Origin: Candidatus Omnitrophota bacterium
GTDB taxonomy: Bacteria; Omnitrophota; Gorgyraeia; JABMRG01
Length of the DNA: 64,000 nucleotides
Direction: 5' to 3'
Assembly (NCBI GenBank): GCA_028716165.1
Contig: JAQUQI010000008.1
Coordinates: 1,919 to 65,918 of the forward strand
The notes beneath the pieces were generated by a model, which did no database searches, had not been told where the DNA came from, and saw only the letters and a program-made list of their open reading frames with translations. Below, in pieces: positions 31,084 through 42,109 of the stretch; position 1 is the stretch's first letter; each line of letters starts with the position of its first letter. Both the position numbers and the translations under genes were made by a program.

Positions 31084-31970
31084 CTGCCAAGCCCCAATCT
31101 AATCCTGAACCTTCTGCTGATTATCTCGGCAGCCGTATTAAAAACAAGTGTCATCAAAAACAATATGATACCAATAGCAAACAACGCGTGATAATGTCCG
31201 CTGCCTATTACTGCCTCACCCATTTCAGCGGCAATAGTTGACGTCATGGGCCTTACAGGCTGAAAAAACGTCATTGGAATAACAGCGGCGCCGCCTGTTA
31301 CCATAAGAACTGTCATGGTTTCGCCCGCGGCCCTGCTTATTCCCAATATAACGGCTGTTGATATGCCTGACCCCGCCGCCGGAATAATAACCCTTATAAG
31401 CGTCTGCCACCTATTAGCCCCCAGGGCAAAGGACGCTTCTCTAAAACTTCTCGGTACATAATTTAAAGCATCTTCGGCTATACTGCAAACCGTGGGCGTA
31501 GCCATAATCCCCAAAACCAGGCTCCCGGTAAAGGCGCATAAACCTACCGGCAGATTAAAGACATTTTGCAGAAAAGGCGCCACAATCGTCATACCAAAAA
31601 AACCATACACGATTGAAGGTATGCCTGCTAACAGCTCTATTGCCGGTTTGAGCGCCGATTTTTGCGCGGGCGTAGCAAGTTCATATATGTAAAGAGCGCT
31701 GCCTATGCCTAAAGGTACGCATATAAAAAGCGCGCCGACAGTGACCCATACAGAGGCAAGAATAAGCGGCAATATTCCAAAATCAGGGGGCTCATACGTA
31801 GGATACCAGTATTTTCCAAAAACAAAATCAACGGCAGAAACGTGCCGGAATACGGGCAGGCCTTCCTTAAAAAGGACCACGGTAATACCAACTAAAAATA
31901 ATAATGATGCGTACGCAAGCGCCGCGAATACCGTTTTATATATGCCTTCCTTTAATTGTCTGAATTTCAT
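31080..31970 (-). CDS. pstC: phosphate ABC transporter permease PstC
   Basis: 296 aa. Permease with EAA-like loop (…ASFALGANRWQTLIRVIIP…). Confidence 0.9.
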   Translation of the reverse strand: MKFRQLKEGIYKTVFAALAYASLLFLVGITVVLFKEGLPVFRHVSAVDFVFGKYWYPTYEPPDFGILPLILASVWVTVGALFICVPLGIGSALYIYELATPAQKSALKPAIELLAGIPSIVYGFFGMTIVAPFLQNVFNLPVGLCAFTGSLVLGIMATPTVCSIAEDALNYVPRSFREASFALGANRWQTLIRVIIPAAGSGISTAVILGISRAAGETMTVLMVTGGAAVIPMTFFQPVRPMTSTIAAEMGEAVIGSGHYHALFAIGIILFLMTLVFNTAAEIISRRFRIRLGLGR

Positions 31971-32065
31971 CGTTTATCGCCGTCTGATGGTTAAGACACG
32001 CAAGCGGATATCCGAAATAACATTTCCGGCATTCCGCAAATTATATATATGGAAAAAACAGGTTT

Positions 32066-32926
32066 TCATTTATCCAGCCGCACAAAGCCGAGTCCTTCAA
32101 TTATAGATTGGCCTTCGTCGCTCAAAACGAAATCAATATACTCTTTTACGGGTCCTTTCGGCTTGCCGTTTGTATACATAAAAAGCGGTCTTGATATCGG
32201 ATATTTCTCGGTTAACACATTTTTTTTGCTACATTCTACGCCGTTCACCTTCAATGCCTTTACTTTATCTGATATATAACCAAGCCCGACATAACCTATA
32301 GCGCCCGGGGTCGTTGAAACAGTCTGCATCACTGCCTGATTAGATGCTTGTAACAAGGAATCCGGCCTTGTCCTGGCGCCTGCCAGCACCTTAGAAGAAA
32401 ACGCCTCGTATGTCCCGCTTGAACTGTCGCGAGATACGACAATAATCTTTCCTCCGGCAACGCCCACGGACTGCCAGTTAGACAATTTCCCCGTATATAT
32501 ATCTTTTATTTGATCCGTGGTAATATCGTTTATAGCGTTGGAAGCATTGGTTATAACGGCAATCCCGTCCATCGCTATCACATGCACAACCGGTTCTATG
32601 CTTCTGGCAACCGCCTTTTCTATCTCGCCTGTCTTTATCGGCCTTGAAGACTGCCCGATATCGGCAGTGCCGTCTATAATACTGGCTATGCCGACGCTTG
32701 AGCCGCCGCCCTGGACAGATATATTAATATCCGGGTTTTTTTGCATGAATGTCTCGGATGTTTTTTGCGATATCGGAAAAACAGTTGTAGACCCTTTCAT
32801 TGTGATATTGCTGCCGGAAGCATAAACATCAGCCTTCAGGAATGCGCAGGCTGTCAATGCGATTGCCACAATTATCTTATTCATATATTCCCTCCTGTAA
32901 TATTTTTTACCATCCTGATGTAACAA
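32066..32926 (-). CDS. pstS: phosphate-binding protein PstS
   Basis: 286 aa. Signal peptide and PBP fold (…MKGSTTVFPISQ…SRDSSSGTY…). Confidence 0.85.
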   Translation of the reverse strand: MLHQDGKKYYRREYMNKIIVAIALTACAFLKADVYASGSNITMKGSTTVFPISQKTSETFMQKNPDINISVQGGGSSVGIASIIDGTADIGQSSRPIKTGEIEKAVARSIEPVVHVIAMDGIAVITNASNAINDITTDQIKDIYTGKLSNWQSVGVAGGKIIVVSRDSSSGTYEAFSSKVLAGARTRPDSLLQASNQAVMQTVSTTPGAIGYVGLGYISDKVKALKVNGVECSKKNVLTEKYPISRPLFMYTNGKPKGPVKEYIDFVLSDEGQSIIEGLGFVRLDK

Positions 32927-32958
32927 TTGTGTGACAAAAATGAAAACTCTTTAACTGC

Positions 32959-34236
32959 CTAAAATTTAAACACCAAATCGGCCTGAAATAAGTTTTCTTT
33001 ACGTTTACCGCCTGATAACCTTTCAGAGTGAAAATATCCCGCTGTAAAATTTACGTTCTTCATCAACCCGTAATGGAATTTTATTTCATGCCCTTTTACA
33101 TCGGTAGCGCCTCCATAAAAATCCGAATCGGGGAAAATATCAAGCCAGGCATCTTTCTGCAATTTTCTAAAATTATAGACCCCTTGCCATTGCCCCGGTT
33201 CCTTTACCCCCGCATGCCCGATCTTCGCTCCTATCAACCAACCGTGGCGGTCATTTGACGGATCGGAATTATATATAAAATCTCCAAAAATACCCATATA
33301 AGCAAGATTCTCAAAAAAACCATTGTAGTCAAATGGTTTTTTAAAGCCTAATTCAGCGCTCGCGCCGATTGAATCATACTTATATACATATCTACCACCG
33401 GTATCCGTGGTGTTTGTAGCAGGATTTGAGCGGTTCTCTCCTGCTTTTCCTTTTAGACCGTTAAAACCATAATAATTAAACGCCCCTTTGATGTCCAACT
33501 TCTCGGTAAGGCCCCACCTAAAACCAGGCTGCACAGCCCACATAACAGGGTCCGCATTATACCCTGATGATTCGTCAAGCACAAAAAACCCGGTATTAAG
33601 AAATGTGCTGAATTCAGGCCTTATGTCCCACGCCAAATCCATACTTATCCCATTAGGAAATATATCGCTGTCCCACAGCAAACCCGACGGTCTCCATAAC
33701 GGGTTCTGAATTTTGCCTGCGGAAAACACCGTTTGGTTGAACGGAACATATAAGACATAAGCATATTCAAGTCTGATATCCGGTGTTTCAAAAAAATTAT
33801 CAAGGGTCTGATTTGTAGAGCGCGGATCGGTCCCGCCGGTTGCAAGACCGGAAGCCACATTGACTTTGTCATTTACTTTCGCGTCCATGCCTATCCTGGC
33901 ACGTATCCTGAACCGGTTCCTGTCATTGGCTTTTGCAGATGTTCCTGTTTCCTGTTTTTGCCACTGATACCTGGTCCTCAAATCCCCTTTAACTTTTATA
34001 TTCTGTACCCACTTCGGCACAGACTCCGATTCGCCTTTGGCAAGTTGTAGTTTTGCTTCCTGCTTTGTTTCGTTCAATACTTGCTGCGCTTCGCCGGCAG
34101 TCAATACCCCTTTTTCAACAAGCCTGCTCACAAGTATATCTATCTCTGACGCGTAGGCCAAAATACCTGCTGAAAAATGCGCCAGGCACACCGATATTAT
34201 CACAATTAATACGTACGCTAACCTATTTTTCTTCAT
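32959..34236 (-). CDS. putative outer-membrane porin (phosphate-selective porin-like), first gene upstream of pstS
   Basis: 425 aa. Signal peptide, N-terminal coiled coil, Gly/Tyr/Asn-rich beta-strand region, C-terminal …LVFKF aromatic terminus. Confidence 0.5.
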   Translation of the reverse strand: MKKNRLAYVLIVIISVCLAHFSAGILAYASEIDILVSRLVEKGVLTAGEAQQVLNETKQEAKLQLAKGESESVPKWVQNIKVKGDLRTRYQWQKQETGTSAKANDRNRFRIRARIGMDAKVNDKVNVASGLATGGTDPRSTNQTLDNFFETPDIRLEYAYVLYVPFNQTVFSAGKIQNPLWRPSGLLWDSDIFPNGISMDLAWDIRPEFSTFLNTGFFVLDESSGYNADPVMWAVQPGFRWGLTEKLDIKGAFNYYGFNGLKGKAGENRSNPATNTTDTGGRYVYKYDSIGASAELGFKKPFDYNGFFENLAYMGIFGDFIYNSDPSNDRHGWLIGAKIGHAGVKEPGQWQGVYNFRKLQKDAWLDIFPDSDFYGGATDVKGHEIKFHYGLMKNVNFTAGYFHSERLSGGKRKENLFQADLVFKF

Positions 34237-34548
34237 CTTCTGATCACTCCTTTCTCTTTAATGCCTCTTTTAGTTTTACCATAAATTCCGCCCATTTTTA
34301 TTTTACGCCAACAGGTCTAAAACCAAACCGAAGGCAAGGCCATTTCTCAACCCCCTTTCCGGTAATAATCTTTATCATTCCATCAGATATTTTTTTACAT
34401 ATCGCGGAATATGCGTACCCCATACCGACCGATAAAAATACTATTCCCGCAATTGATAATGCATCCATCGCCCCATCCTTCTTTCGCTTGTATTTTATGA
34501 TTGAGTTGTGACTGCGGTATTGCGGGTGTGTAAAATTTTTGTGAACAC

Positions 34549-34583
34549 AAAAAAATACGCCCCGCTTTAGTCTTGCGGGACGT
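34549..34583 (-). terminator. rho-independent terminator downstream of phoR
   Basis: Minus strand reads cgtcccgcaagactaaagcggggcg followed by tatttttttgtg (stem cccgc/gcggg plus a U-run). Confidence 0.55.
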
Positions 34584-34617
34584 GCTATTTTTAAAAAGCC
34601 GTGGTGCTAATCCGGTA

Positions 34618-36390
34618 TTATTTTATCGGAAGCGTGAAACTAAAAACAGAACCTTTGCCGGGCGCGCTTTTAACCCAAACCTCTCCGGAATGGGACTGCA
34701 CTATATGTTTAACTATCGCAAGCCCCAAACCAGTGCCTCCCAATTCCCTTGAACGAGCTTTATCAACACGGTAAAACCGCTCAAATATTCTTGATAAATG
34801 TTCTGCCGGAATACCAATACCAGTATCAGAAACATCAACCCTGATAAAGCCTTTTTCCTCCAAAACCCTTATTGTTATCGTACCGCCGGGCCGGGTATAT
34901 TTAACCGCGTTTTCAATTAAATTAAATAATACCTGCGCGATTTTATTCCTATCGCAAAAGATCGTTTTCGCGGAATCTGCGATATGAATATCAAGATTGA
35001 TATTTTTCCCGTTAACAGACTTTGCCAGTTTAGGCACCACCGTTTCTATGATTTCAGTTAAATCATTATATTTCAGTTCCAATGTCAGCTTACCTGATTC
35101 CATCTTTGCCAAATCCAAAAGGTCATTGATAAGCGATGATAGGCGTTGGGCATCGGAATGTATTATGCCCAGAAAATCTTTGGCATGCTCTTTATCATCT
35201 ATGGCTCCGCGTAGAAGCGTTTCCGCGTAACCTTGTATATTTGAAACGGGCGTCCGCAGTTCATGAGATACGTTAGCGACAAAATCCTTTCTTATTGATT
35301 CAAGCCGCTTTAGATCGGTTATATCGTGAAAAACAAGCACCACCGCTTCATTTCTACCCTCCCTTATAACTGGCGCGGCATGCACTATAAGATTTTTTTC
35401 AACGGGCGCTAAAACCAATATCTCCTTTGTCAGAACACCTGAAGCATGTTTTAATACCGCGTCAACGATATCCTGAATATCGGCATTTCTTATGATTTCA
35501 ATTGTGGCCTTTCCCGATAAATCGCGATCAACCTGCAGTAATTCTTTTAACGCTCTATTAATAAGAACAATATTGGCCGAGTTGTCTATTACCATAACAC
35601 CTTCAAACATACTAAGAAGAACCGCCTCAAGGCGCGCTTTGTTGGCATTTACCTCCTCTATTTTTGATTTGATCTCATCCGACATAAAACGTATGGCTTC
35701 GGCCAAGGCCCCAACCTCATCATCCGAAGTGACGGACGGCCGTTTTGAAAAATCACCAAGGGCAATGTTTTTGGCTGTCAGCGATATTTCTCTCAAGGGC
35801 CTGGCAATACATGTAGACACGATAAAAAACAAAATCATAGAAATCACGAAAGCTATGATAAGAGCCAGGGCAAGAGCATTTTTAAGACGATTGGATATTA
35901 CTCTTATATCGGATAAAGGAACGGCAAGCCTGATAATGCCGCAAGGCTTGTTGGCGCCAAATATTTTCGCCATATATAATATATCGGATTCCAGCGTGGA
36001 GCTAAATCTTTCGGCCCGTCCAATACCCTTGGACAATGCCTCTATTATCTCCGGCCTGTCAAGATGATTATCAATACTCTGCAATTGCCGGATATCAAGA
36101 CCGCTGTCTCCAAAAACCTTTCCATCCAGAGCAATAACAGTCACCCTGACACCCAGCTCCTTTCCTATAACATCAGCGGCGATATCCATGGAATACGAAT
36201 TGCAGAACGCTCTTTCGGTTTTCTCAAGCAGCAAAGCGGACAAGCGTAATTGCCGCGAAAGGTTTTCCCGTATGCGCTGATATACGTAATCCGTTAGGAT
36301 GTAATTAAAATAAAAAAACACGGCCAAAAATACCACTGCCGCGGCGGAAATAAAAACAAAAGCTATCTTATGCGTTATCCCTATTCTCAA
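34618..36390 (-). CDS. phoR: phosphate regulon sensor histidine kinase PhoR
   Basis: 590 aa. TM, HAMP, PAS, HisKA (HELRTPVSNI) and HATPase_c. Confidence 0.85.
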   Translation of the reverse strand: MRIGITHKIAFVFISAAAVVFLAVFFYFNYILTDYVYQRIRENLSRQLRLSALLLEKTERAFCNSYSMDIAADVIGKELGVRVTVIALDGKVFGDSGLDIRQLQSIDNHLDRPEIIEALSKGIGRAERFSSTLESDILYMAKIFGANKPCGIIRLAVPLSDIRVISNRLKNALALALIIAFVISMILFFIVSTCIARPLREISLTAKNIALGDFSKRPSVTSDDEVGALAEAIRFMSDEIKSKIEEVNANKARLEAVLLSMFEGVMVIDNSANIVLINRALKELLQVDRDLSGKATIEIIRNADIQDIVDAVLKHASGVLTKEILVLAPVEKNLIVHAAPVIREGRNEAVVLVFHDITDLKRLESIRKDFVANVSHELRTPVSNIQGYAETLLRGAIDDKEHAKDFLGIIHSDAQRLSSLINDLLDLAKMESGKLTLELKYNDLTEIIETVVPKLAKSVNGKNINLDIHIADSAKTIFCDRNKIAQVLFNLIENAVKYTRPGGTITIRVLEEKGFIRVDVSDTGIGIPAEHLSRIFERFYRVDKARSRELGGTGLGLAIVKHIVQSHSGEVWVKSAPGKGSVFSFTLPIK

Positions 36391-36394
36391 GGCC

Positions 36395-37078
36395 TTAATC
36401 TTCCCGGAATCTGTAACCGACCCCTCTTATTGTATCTATCTGCCTGCCTGCTTTGCCTAAACGCTGCCTCAACCTTTTGATATGGGTGTCAACCGTGCGC
36501 GTGGTGACATCGGCCGCAATACCCCACACATCCTCTAACAAAACATCTCTTGACTGCACACGCCCCTTTCTTTCTATAAGAACGGATAATAATTTAAATT
36601 CCATAAGCGCAAGCTCTATCTGTTTATCATCATAAGTTACCTGATGACGCGGAATATCAATTTTTAACCCGCCGGCTGAAAGTATATCGCGATAACTTTC
36701 TTTGGGCATATTACGCCTCATTATGGCCTTTATCCGCAAAATCAACTCTCTGGGGCTGAAAGGCTTGACTACATAATCATCGGCCCCAAGCTCAAAGCCG
36801 ACTATTTTGTCAACCTCTTCGCCCTTGGCGGTAAGCATAATAACGGGTATATGAGAATAACTGTCATCTTTTTTTATCCTCTTACAAACCTCAAATCCAT
36901 CTATGGTGGGGAGCATTATATCAAGAACTATCAGGTCTATAGACTGGGCGTCTAAAATATCAAAAGCCCCTTCTCCCGTAATAGTGGTAAAACACGTAAA
37001 ACCCGCTTTTTCCAGGTTATACCTTAAAAGCTTGAGTATATTTTTGTCATCTTCAACAATCATTATATTTGGGGCCAT
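36395..37078 (-). CDS. phoB: phosphate regulon response regulator PhoB (OmpR family)
   Basis: 227 aa. REC domain (IMIVEDD…) and winged-helix output domain. Confidence 0.9.
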   Translation of the reverse strand: MAPNIMIVEDDKNILKLLRYNLEKAGFTCFTTITGEGAFDILDAQSIDLIVLDIMLPTIDGFEVCKRIKKDDSYSHIPVIMLTAKGEEVDKIVGFELGADDYVVKPFSPRELILRIKAIMRRNMPKESYRDILSAGGLKIDIPRHQVTYDDKQIELALMEFKLLSVLIERKGRVQSRDVLLEDVWGIAADVTTRTVDTHIKRLRQRLGKAGRQIDTIRGVGYRFRED

Positions 37079-37241
37079 CTCACCTCCCGTGTCATGATTA
37101 TTTATATAATACCGCTTACAAGCATCTAAATCAATTTTATTTTATACGGCGAATGTGAAGAATATGTGAACATATTGGAAACAAATCGCGGCTATCGTTT
37201 TACCCTGGAAACATCCTGGACCGGCAGTTGAAACGGGATAT

Positions 37242-38879
37242 TTATTTTTGGCAGGAGCGTCTATGCATACCGCTATTTGTTCTGCGAAAAAGAGACGCCT
37301 CAATAAAACCCCGGAATAACGGATGCGGCCTATCCGGCTTGGACTTAAATTCGGGATGGAATTGGCAGGCGATATACCATGGATGATTTTTGATCTCTAT
37401 TATCTCCGTTAGGGTGTGTTTAACACATATACCTGCTATCAATAGGCCATGTTTCTTAAGAATTTTTTTATACCGGTTGTTTAACTCATATCTATGTCTG
37501 TGGCGCTCGGATATGATTAACTTTTTATATAATCTTTTGCTAATGCCTGCTCCGGTCAACCTGCATAGATACCGTCCCAGCCTCATCGTAGCGCCTTTAT
37601 TCTTCAAGGATTTTTGTTCTTTTAATATGCATACTACGGGATATTTTGTTTTTTTGTCAAACTCGGTTGAATTTGCGCCTTTTAGTCCGCAAACATTTCT
37701 GGCATATTCAACCACAGCCATCTGCATCCCAAGACATATTCCCAAGAAAGGAACATTGTTTTCTCTGGCGTACCTTATAGCTGATATCTTACCCTCAATA
37801 CCCCTTTGACCAAACCCACCCGGCACAAGAATTCCGTCCGAATTTCCAAGCAAAGAAACAGCGCCTCTTGACTCAATCTCTTCCGAATCAACGCGCGTAA
37901 CGCAAAGCCTTGCATCATTGGCAATGGCTGCGTGCAATAATGCTTCGTATATAGATTTATACGCATCCTGAAGCGAAATATATTTACCCACTACAGCTAT
38001 GTTAACACTTCTGCCGGGCGATTTTATCTTTTCTACCACAAGCCGCCGCCATTCAATTAGTTTCTTTCTGCGCACCTTTAATTTTAGAAATTGAATTATA
38101 AGTTTGTCAAGGCCCTGGTCTTGCAGGCTTAACGGGACTTCATATATGGTATCCAGATCCACCGCGGAAATAACGGCATCTTTATCTACATTGCAAAAAA
38201 GTGCTATCTTGTCTTTAGTCTGCCGGCTCAAATGACTTTCAGTGCGGCACAGTATTATATCGGGGAGTATGCCTATTTCCCTCAATGTGCCCACACTATG
38301 CTGCGTAGGCTTGGTCTTGACTTCTCCCGCGGCTTTGATAAAAGGCACGAGGGTAACGTGCACATTTATTGCCCGTTCTCTTCCCACCTCAAGCTTAAGC
38401 TGTCTAATCGCTTCCAAAAACGGCTGGCTTTCTATATCGCCTACGGTGCCTCCTATCTCCACTATTACAACATCCGGGTTTTTAAAGCGCGCAACACGCT
38501 TGATCCTGTTTATTATCTCATCGGTTATATGCGGTATTATCTGGACAGTCTGCCCCAGATAGTCACCCTTTCTTTCTTTTTGAATCACGGAATAATATAC
38601 CTTGCCTGTTGTTATATTATTGGCTTTTGTTATATTCGCGTTCGTAAAACGTTCATAGTGCCCGAGATCTAGATCCGTCTCCGCGCCATCATCAGTCACA
38701 TAAACCTCGCCATGCTGAAAAGGATTCATTGTGCCGGGATCAACGTTAATATAAGGATCGCATTTTACAAGAGTGACTTTTAAACCCGCGGACTCAAGAA
38801 GCTTGCCGATAGAGGCGGCCGCTATGCCTTTGCCCAGACTTGAAACAACTCCTCCTGTCACAAATATAAATTTTGTCAT
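37242..38879 (-). CDS. pyrG: CTP synthase
   Basis: 545 aa. [20 protein letters not shown]-terminus and a C-terminal GATase with GICLGMQ. Confidence 0.95.
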   Translation of the reverse strand: MTKFIFVTGGVVSSLGKGIAAASIGKLLESAGLKVTLVKCDPYINVDPGTMNPFQHGEVYVTDDGAETDLDLGHYERFTNANITKANNITTGKVYYSVIQKERKGDYLGQTVQIIPHITDEIINRIKRVARFKNPDVVIVEIGGTVGDIESQPFLEAIRQLKLEVGRERAINVHVTLVPFIKAAGEVKTKPTQHSVGTLREIGILPDIILCRTESHLSRQTKDKIALFCNVDKDAVISAVDLDTIYEVPLSLQDQGLDKLIIQFLKLKVRRKKLIEWRRLVVEKIKSPGRSVNIAVVGKYISLQDAYKSIYEALLHAAIANDARLCVTRVDSEEIESRGAVSLLGNSDGILVPGGFGQRGIEGKISAIRYARENNVPFLGICLGMQMAVVEYARNVCGLKGANSTEFDKKTKYPVVCILKEQKSLKNKGATMRLGRYLCRLTGAGISKRLYKKLIISERHRHRYELNNRYKKILKKHGLLIAGICVKHTLTEIIEIKNHPWYIACQFHPEFKSKPDRPHPLFRGFIEASLFRRTNSGMHRRSCQK

Positions 38880-38894
38880 GGTAGATCCGCTTTT

Positions 38895-41099
38895 TTACCG
38901 TAATGCCTTCTCAAGAGAAAAGGCCCATGTTTTATAAATACTTTTTATGTCAACATCCACCAGATCCTTCCCCGAATTGGATATCTTTAACCTGTCTCCC
39001 CCGACCCGCCCTATTACACGGGAGAAGACGCCTCGCCGATGCGCTGATTCCTTTACACTGCTTACTTTATCTTCACGGCAAGACAAAATTATCCTTGACT
39101 GCGATTCGCCAAACAAGGCGCAATCTTCTCTTATGGCAAAATCAATGCCGTTTATAACCGCCCCTATCATATTTTCACCATCTGATATACAACTTTCCGC
39201 TAAGCATACTCCAAGACCGCCTTCAGAACAATCATGCGCTGATTTTATAAAACCTTTCTCTATTACGCTATATGCGCAATCTCTGACGGCCTGTTCCGCG
39301 GCCAGGTCAATACAGGGCGCATCTCCGGCAACAATACCTTTTGTTACTTTCAGATATTCGCTCGCGCCCAGCTCCTCTTTGGTCAGCCCTAATTGTATCA
39401 CAATATCGCCTTCATCTTTAAAAGCCTGTGTGCAAACAGATCTTATGTCTTCCACGATACCGATCATGCCTATGGCGGGGGTAGGATATATCGCCCCCTG
39501 CGGGCTTTCATTGTAAAAAGAAACATTTCCGCTTACTACAGGTAGTTTAAAAAATTCACAGGCTTTTATGATACCTTCCATGCAATTTTTAAAATACCAG
39601 AAGGCCTCCGGCTTTTCAGGGTTACCGAAATTAAGGCAATCTGTCACCGCCGCAGGCCGGGCGCCTGAACACGCGAGGTTTCTGGCTGCCTCCGCTACGG
39701 CTATCTGCGCGCCTTTATATGGATTCACATAACAGTAGCGGCTGTTGCAGTCCGTAGTTGCCGCTATGGCCTTGTTCGTCCCCTTTAACCGTATGACCGC
39801 CGCGTCGGAACCGGGGACCACCATTGTATTCGTCTGGACCATATAGTCATATTGCCTGTATACCCATTTTTTACTGCATATGGAGTGCGAACTCAAAATA
39901 TCAGTTAGTGTTTTATTGTAATCTGCCGGTAGCGTTATGTCCTTTATACGCAATATCCTCATGGCCTTGATACCGGATGGCGCTTTATAGGACATATCAT
40001 ATGCCGGACCATTTGTTAAATAACAAGCATTTAAGTCGGCCGCCGTTTTCCCATTTTCTTTTATCAGAACGTTCTTATTACCGGTAACCCTGCCGATAAC
40101 TTCGGCTGACAGCCCCCATTTATGAAATATATCTTTTATGCTTTTTTCCTTCCCTTTCTTAACGCATAGAAGTATTCTTTCCTGTGATTCCGACATCATG
40201 GTTTCCCACGGCTGCATACCGGGTTCTTTTCTCGGAACTTTTGACAAATCAATTTCCATGCCCGAACCGCCCGAAGACGCCATTTCGCTTGTGCAGCAGG
40301 TAAGACCAGCAGCGCCCATGTCTTTAAGGCCCACGATAAACCCTGTTCTTAACGCTTCAAGGGTCGCTTCTATAAGACATTTTTCAGTAAAAGGATCGCC
40401 TATCTGAACTGCGGGTCTGTGTTCCTCGTCATGACAAAACTCTTTTGACGCCAATACGCTGCACCCTCCGATCCCGTCTCTTCCGGTACCAGCACCCGCA
40501 TATATTATTGCGTTGCCGGTGCCATAGGCTTTCGCTCTTATAAGGTTTTTTCTTTTTGCTATACCTATACTCATTGCATTAACCAGGCAGTTACCGTTAT
40601 AACTTTCATCAAAATATATTTCACCGCCTATTGTAGGCACCCCCAGGCAGTTGCCGTAAAACTGAATGCCGTCTACGACACCCTTCAGAAGATACCTGTT
40701 ATACGGTCTTGCAAGAGGTCCAAAGCGCAGGGAATTCAGACTCGCTATGGGTCTTGCCCCCGAGGTAAATATATCTCGTATTATCCCGCCGATTCCCGTC
40801 GCCGCTCCCTGTTTCGGTTCTATATAAGAGGGATGATTATGACTTTCCATCTTGAATATTATGGCAATATCATCAACAACAATGCCGCCGGCGTCTTCGC
40901 CCACTAAAATCTGGTATTTTCCTTTTTTGGGCAATCTTTTAAGAAGATTTTTTGAGCGCGTATAACCGCAATGTTCTGACCATTGGACCGAAAACATGGC
41001 AAGCTCCGTTAAAGAAGGCTCTCTTCCAAGCAGCTTTAAGATTTCGCCGTATTCCCCGTCACTCAAACCCAAAGTTTTATATGCTTCCTTAATCTTCAT
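38895..41099 (-). CDS. purL: phosphoribosylformylglycinamidine synthase subunit PurL
   Basis: 734 aa. AIR synthase-related PurL repeats. Overlaps purQ. Confidence 0.9.
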   Translation of the reverse strand: MKIKEAYKTLGLSDGEYGEILKLLGREPSLTELAMFSVQWSEHCGYTRSKNLLKRLPKKGKYQILVGEDAGGIVVDDIAIIFKMESHNHPSYIEPKQGAATGIGGIIRDIFTSGARPIASLNSLRFGPLARPYNRYLLKGVVDGIQFYGNCLGVPTIGGEIYFDESYNGNCLVNAMSIGIAKRKNLIRAKAYGTGNAIIYAGAGTGRDGIGGCSVLASKEFCHDEEHRPAVQIGDPFTEKCLIEATLEALRTGFIVGLKDMGAAGLTCCTSEMASSGGSGMEIDLSKVPRKEPGMQPWETMMSESQERILLCVKKGKEKSIKDIFHKWGLSAEVIGRVTGNKNVLIKENGKTAADLNACYLTNGPAYDMSYKAPSGIKAMRILRIKDITLPADYNKTLTDILSSHSICSKKWVYRQYDYMVQTNTMVVPGSDAAVIRLKGTNKAIAATTDCNSRYCYVNPYKGAQIAVAEAARNLACSGARPAAVTDCLNFGNPEKPEAFWYFKNCMEGIIKACEFFKLPVVSGNVSFYNESPQGAIYPTPAIGMIGIVEDIRSVCTQAFKDEGDIVIQLGLTKEELGASEYLKVTKGIVAGDAPCIDLAAEQAVRDCAYSVIEKGFIKSAHDCSEGGLGVCLAESCISDGENMIGAVINGIDFAIREDCALFGESQSRIILSCREDKVSSVKESAHRRGVFSRVIGRVGGDRLKISNSGKDLVDVDIKSIYKTWAFSLEKALR

Positions 41100-41794
41100 G
41101 ACAGCATCCCCGTATCATTCAATATTGACTTGAATATATAAAGCCCGTCTTCGCAACCAAGCATCTTTTCCACGCTGCGTTCCGGATGCGGCATCATGCC
41201 CAATATATTGCCCCTCTTGTTTAAAATGCCTGCGATATTATACACCGAACCGTTTGGATTATGCTCTTCGTCTGTTTCTCCGGATTTTGAACAATAGCGG
41301 AACGCGATCAGGCCCTTCTCTTCCAGTTCGCTAAGGCCGTCCTTTTCTATATAATAACAACCGTCATTATGGGCTATTGGTATATTAAGCACTTGAGATT
41401 TCACACACATGTTAGTAAACGGACTGTTATTATTTTCCGTTTTTATATATACATTTTTACATATAAAATGTATATCCTTGTTCCGTATCATAGCCCCCGG
41501 CAGCAGGCCTGCTTCAAGCAATATCTGGAAACCATTGCATATACCTATAATAAGACCCCCCCGCTTCGCATGTCTTAAAATCCCCTTCATAACGGGAGAA
41601 AATCTCGCTATGGCTCCTGTCCTCAAATAGTCCCCGTAACTAAACCCCCCGGGCAATATCAGGCAATCATAATTACCGACTGCATCTTCCTTGTGCCAGA
41701 TATGTTCTGCTTTTTCTCCAAGAATATTCTTCACCGCGTAAAAACAATCGTAATCGCAATTAGAGCCGGGAAACACCACTATGCCAAATTTCAT
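41096..41794 (-). CDS. purQ: phosphoribosylformylglycinamidine synthase glutaminase subunit PurQ
   Basis: 232 aa. [14 protein letters not shown]…GICNGFQIL class I GATase. Confidence 0.9.
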   Translation of the reverse strand: MKFGIVVFPGSNCDYDCFYAVKNILGEKAEHIWHKEDAVGNYDCLILPGGFSYGDYLRTGAIARFSPVMKGILRHAKRGGLIIGICNGFQILLEAGLLPGAMIRNKDIHFICKNVYIKTENNNSPFTNMCVKSQVLNIPIAHNDGCYYIEKDGLSELEEKGLIAFRYCSKSGETDEEHNPNGSVYNIAGILNKRGNILGMMPHPERSVEKMLGCEDGLYIFKSILNDTGMLS

Positions 41795-42054
41795 TTTGAC
41801 CTTTCTTTTTTAACCTCTATTTCAAATTTATAATCTTCGGTAACAGAGTTAGCTAAAATCTTCCTGCACATCTTATCGCTTATCTCTTTTGCCCGCGTTT
41901 TATCTTTTACATCTAATTCTAACGTTATTATCTTACCCGTCATGACTTTTTTTACCCCCTTGAAATGCAGTGATTCAAGCACATGCTGTATAGCCACCCC
42001 CTGGGGGTCTGTTATTTGTTTCTTTAACGTTACATAAATCCGTACTTTTACCAT
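41791..42054 (-). CDS. purS: phosphoribosylformylglycinamidine synthase subunit PurS
   Basis: 87 aa. Overlaps purQ. PurS-like size and position. Confidence 0.8.
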   Translation of the reverse strand: MVKVRIYVTLKKQITDPQGVAIQHVLESLHFKGVKKVMTGKIITLELDVKDKTRAKEISDKMCRKILANSVTEDYKFEIEVKKERSK

Positions 42055-42109
42055 CTCGCGTCTCCTTTTAAATATACCTTGATTACCGCAATGCGCCTGA
42101 ATTGGAATT

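Noticed and set aside
34053-34511. A 152-aa plus-strand ORF in the phoR-porin intergenic region.
   Set aside because: It has no RBS and a Ser/Phe/Ile-rich low-complexity translation. The region is better explained as promoter/terminator space for minus-strand genes.
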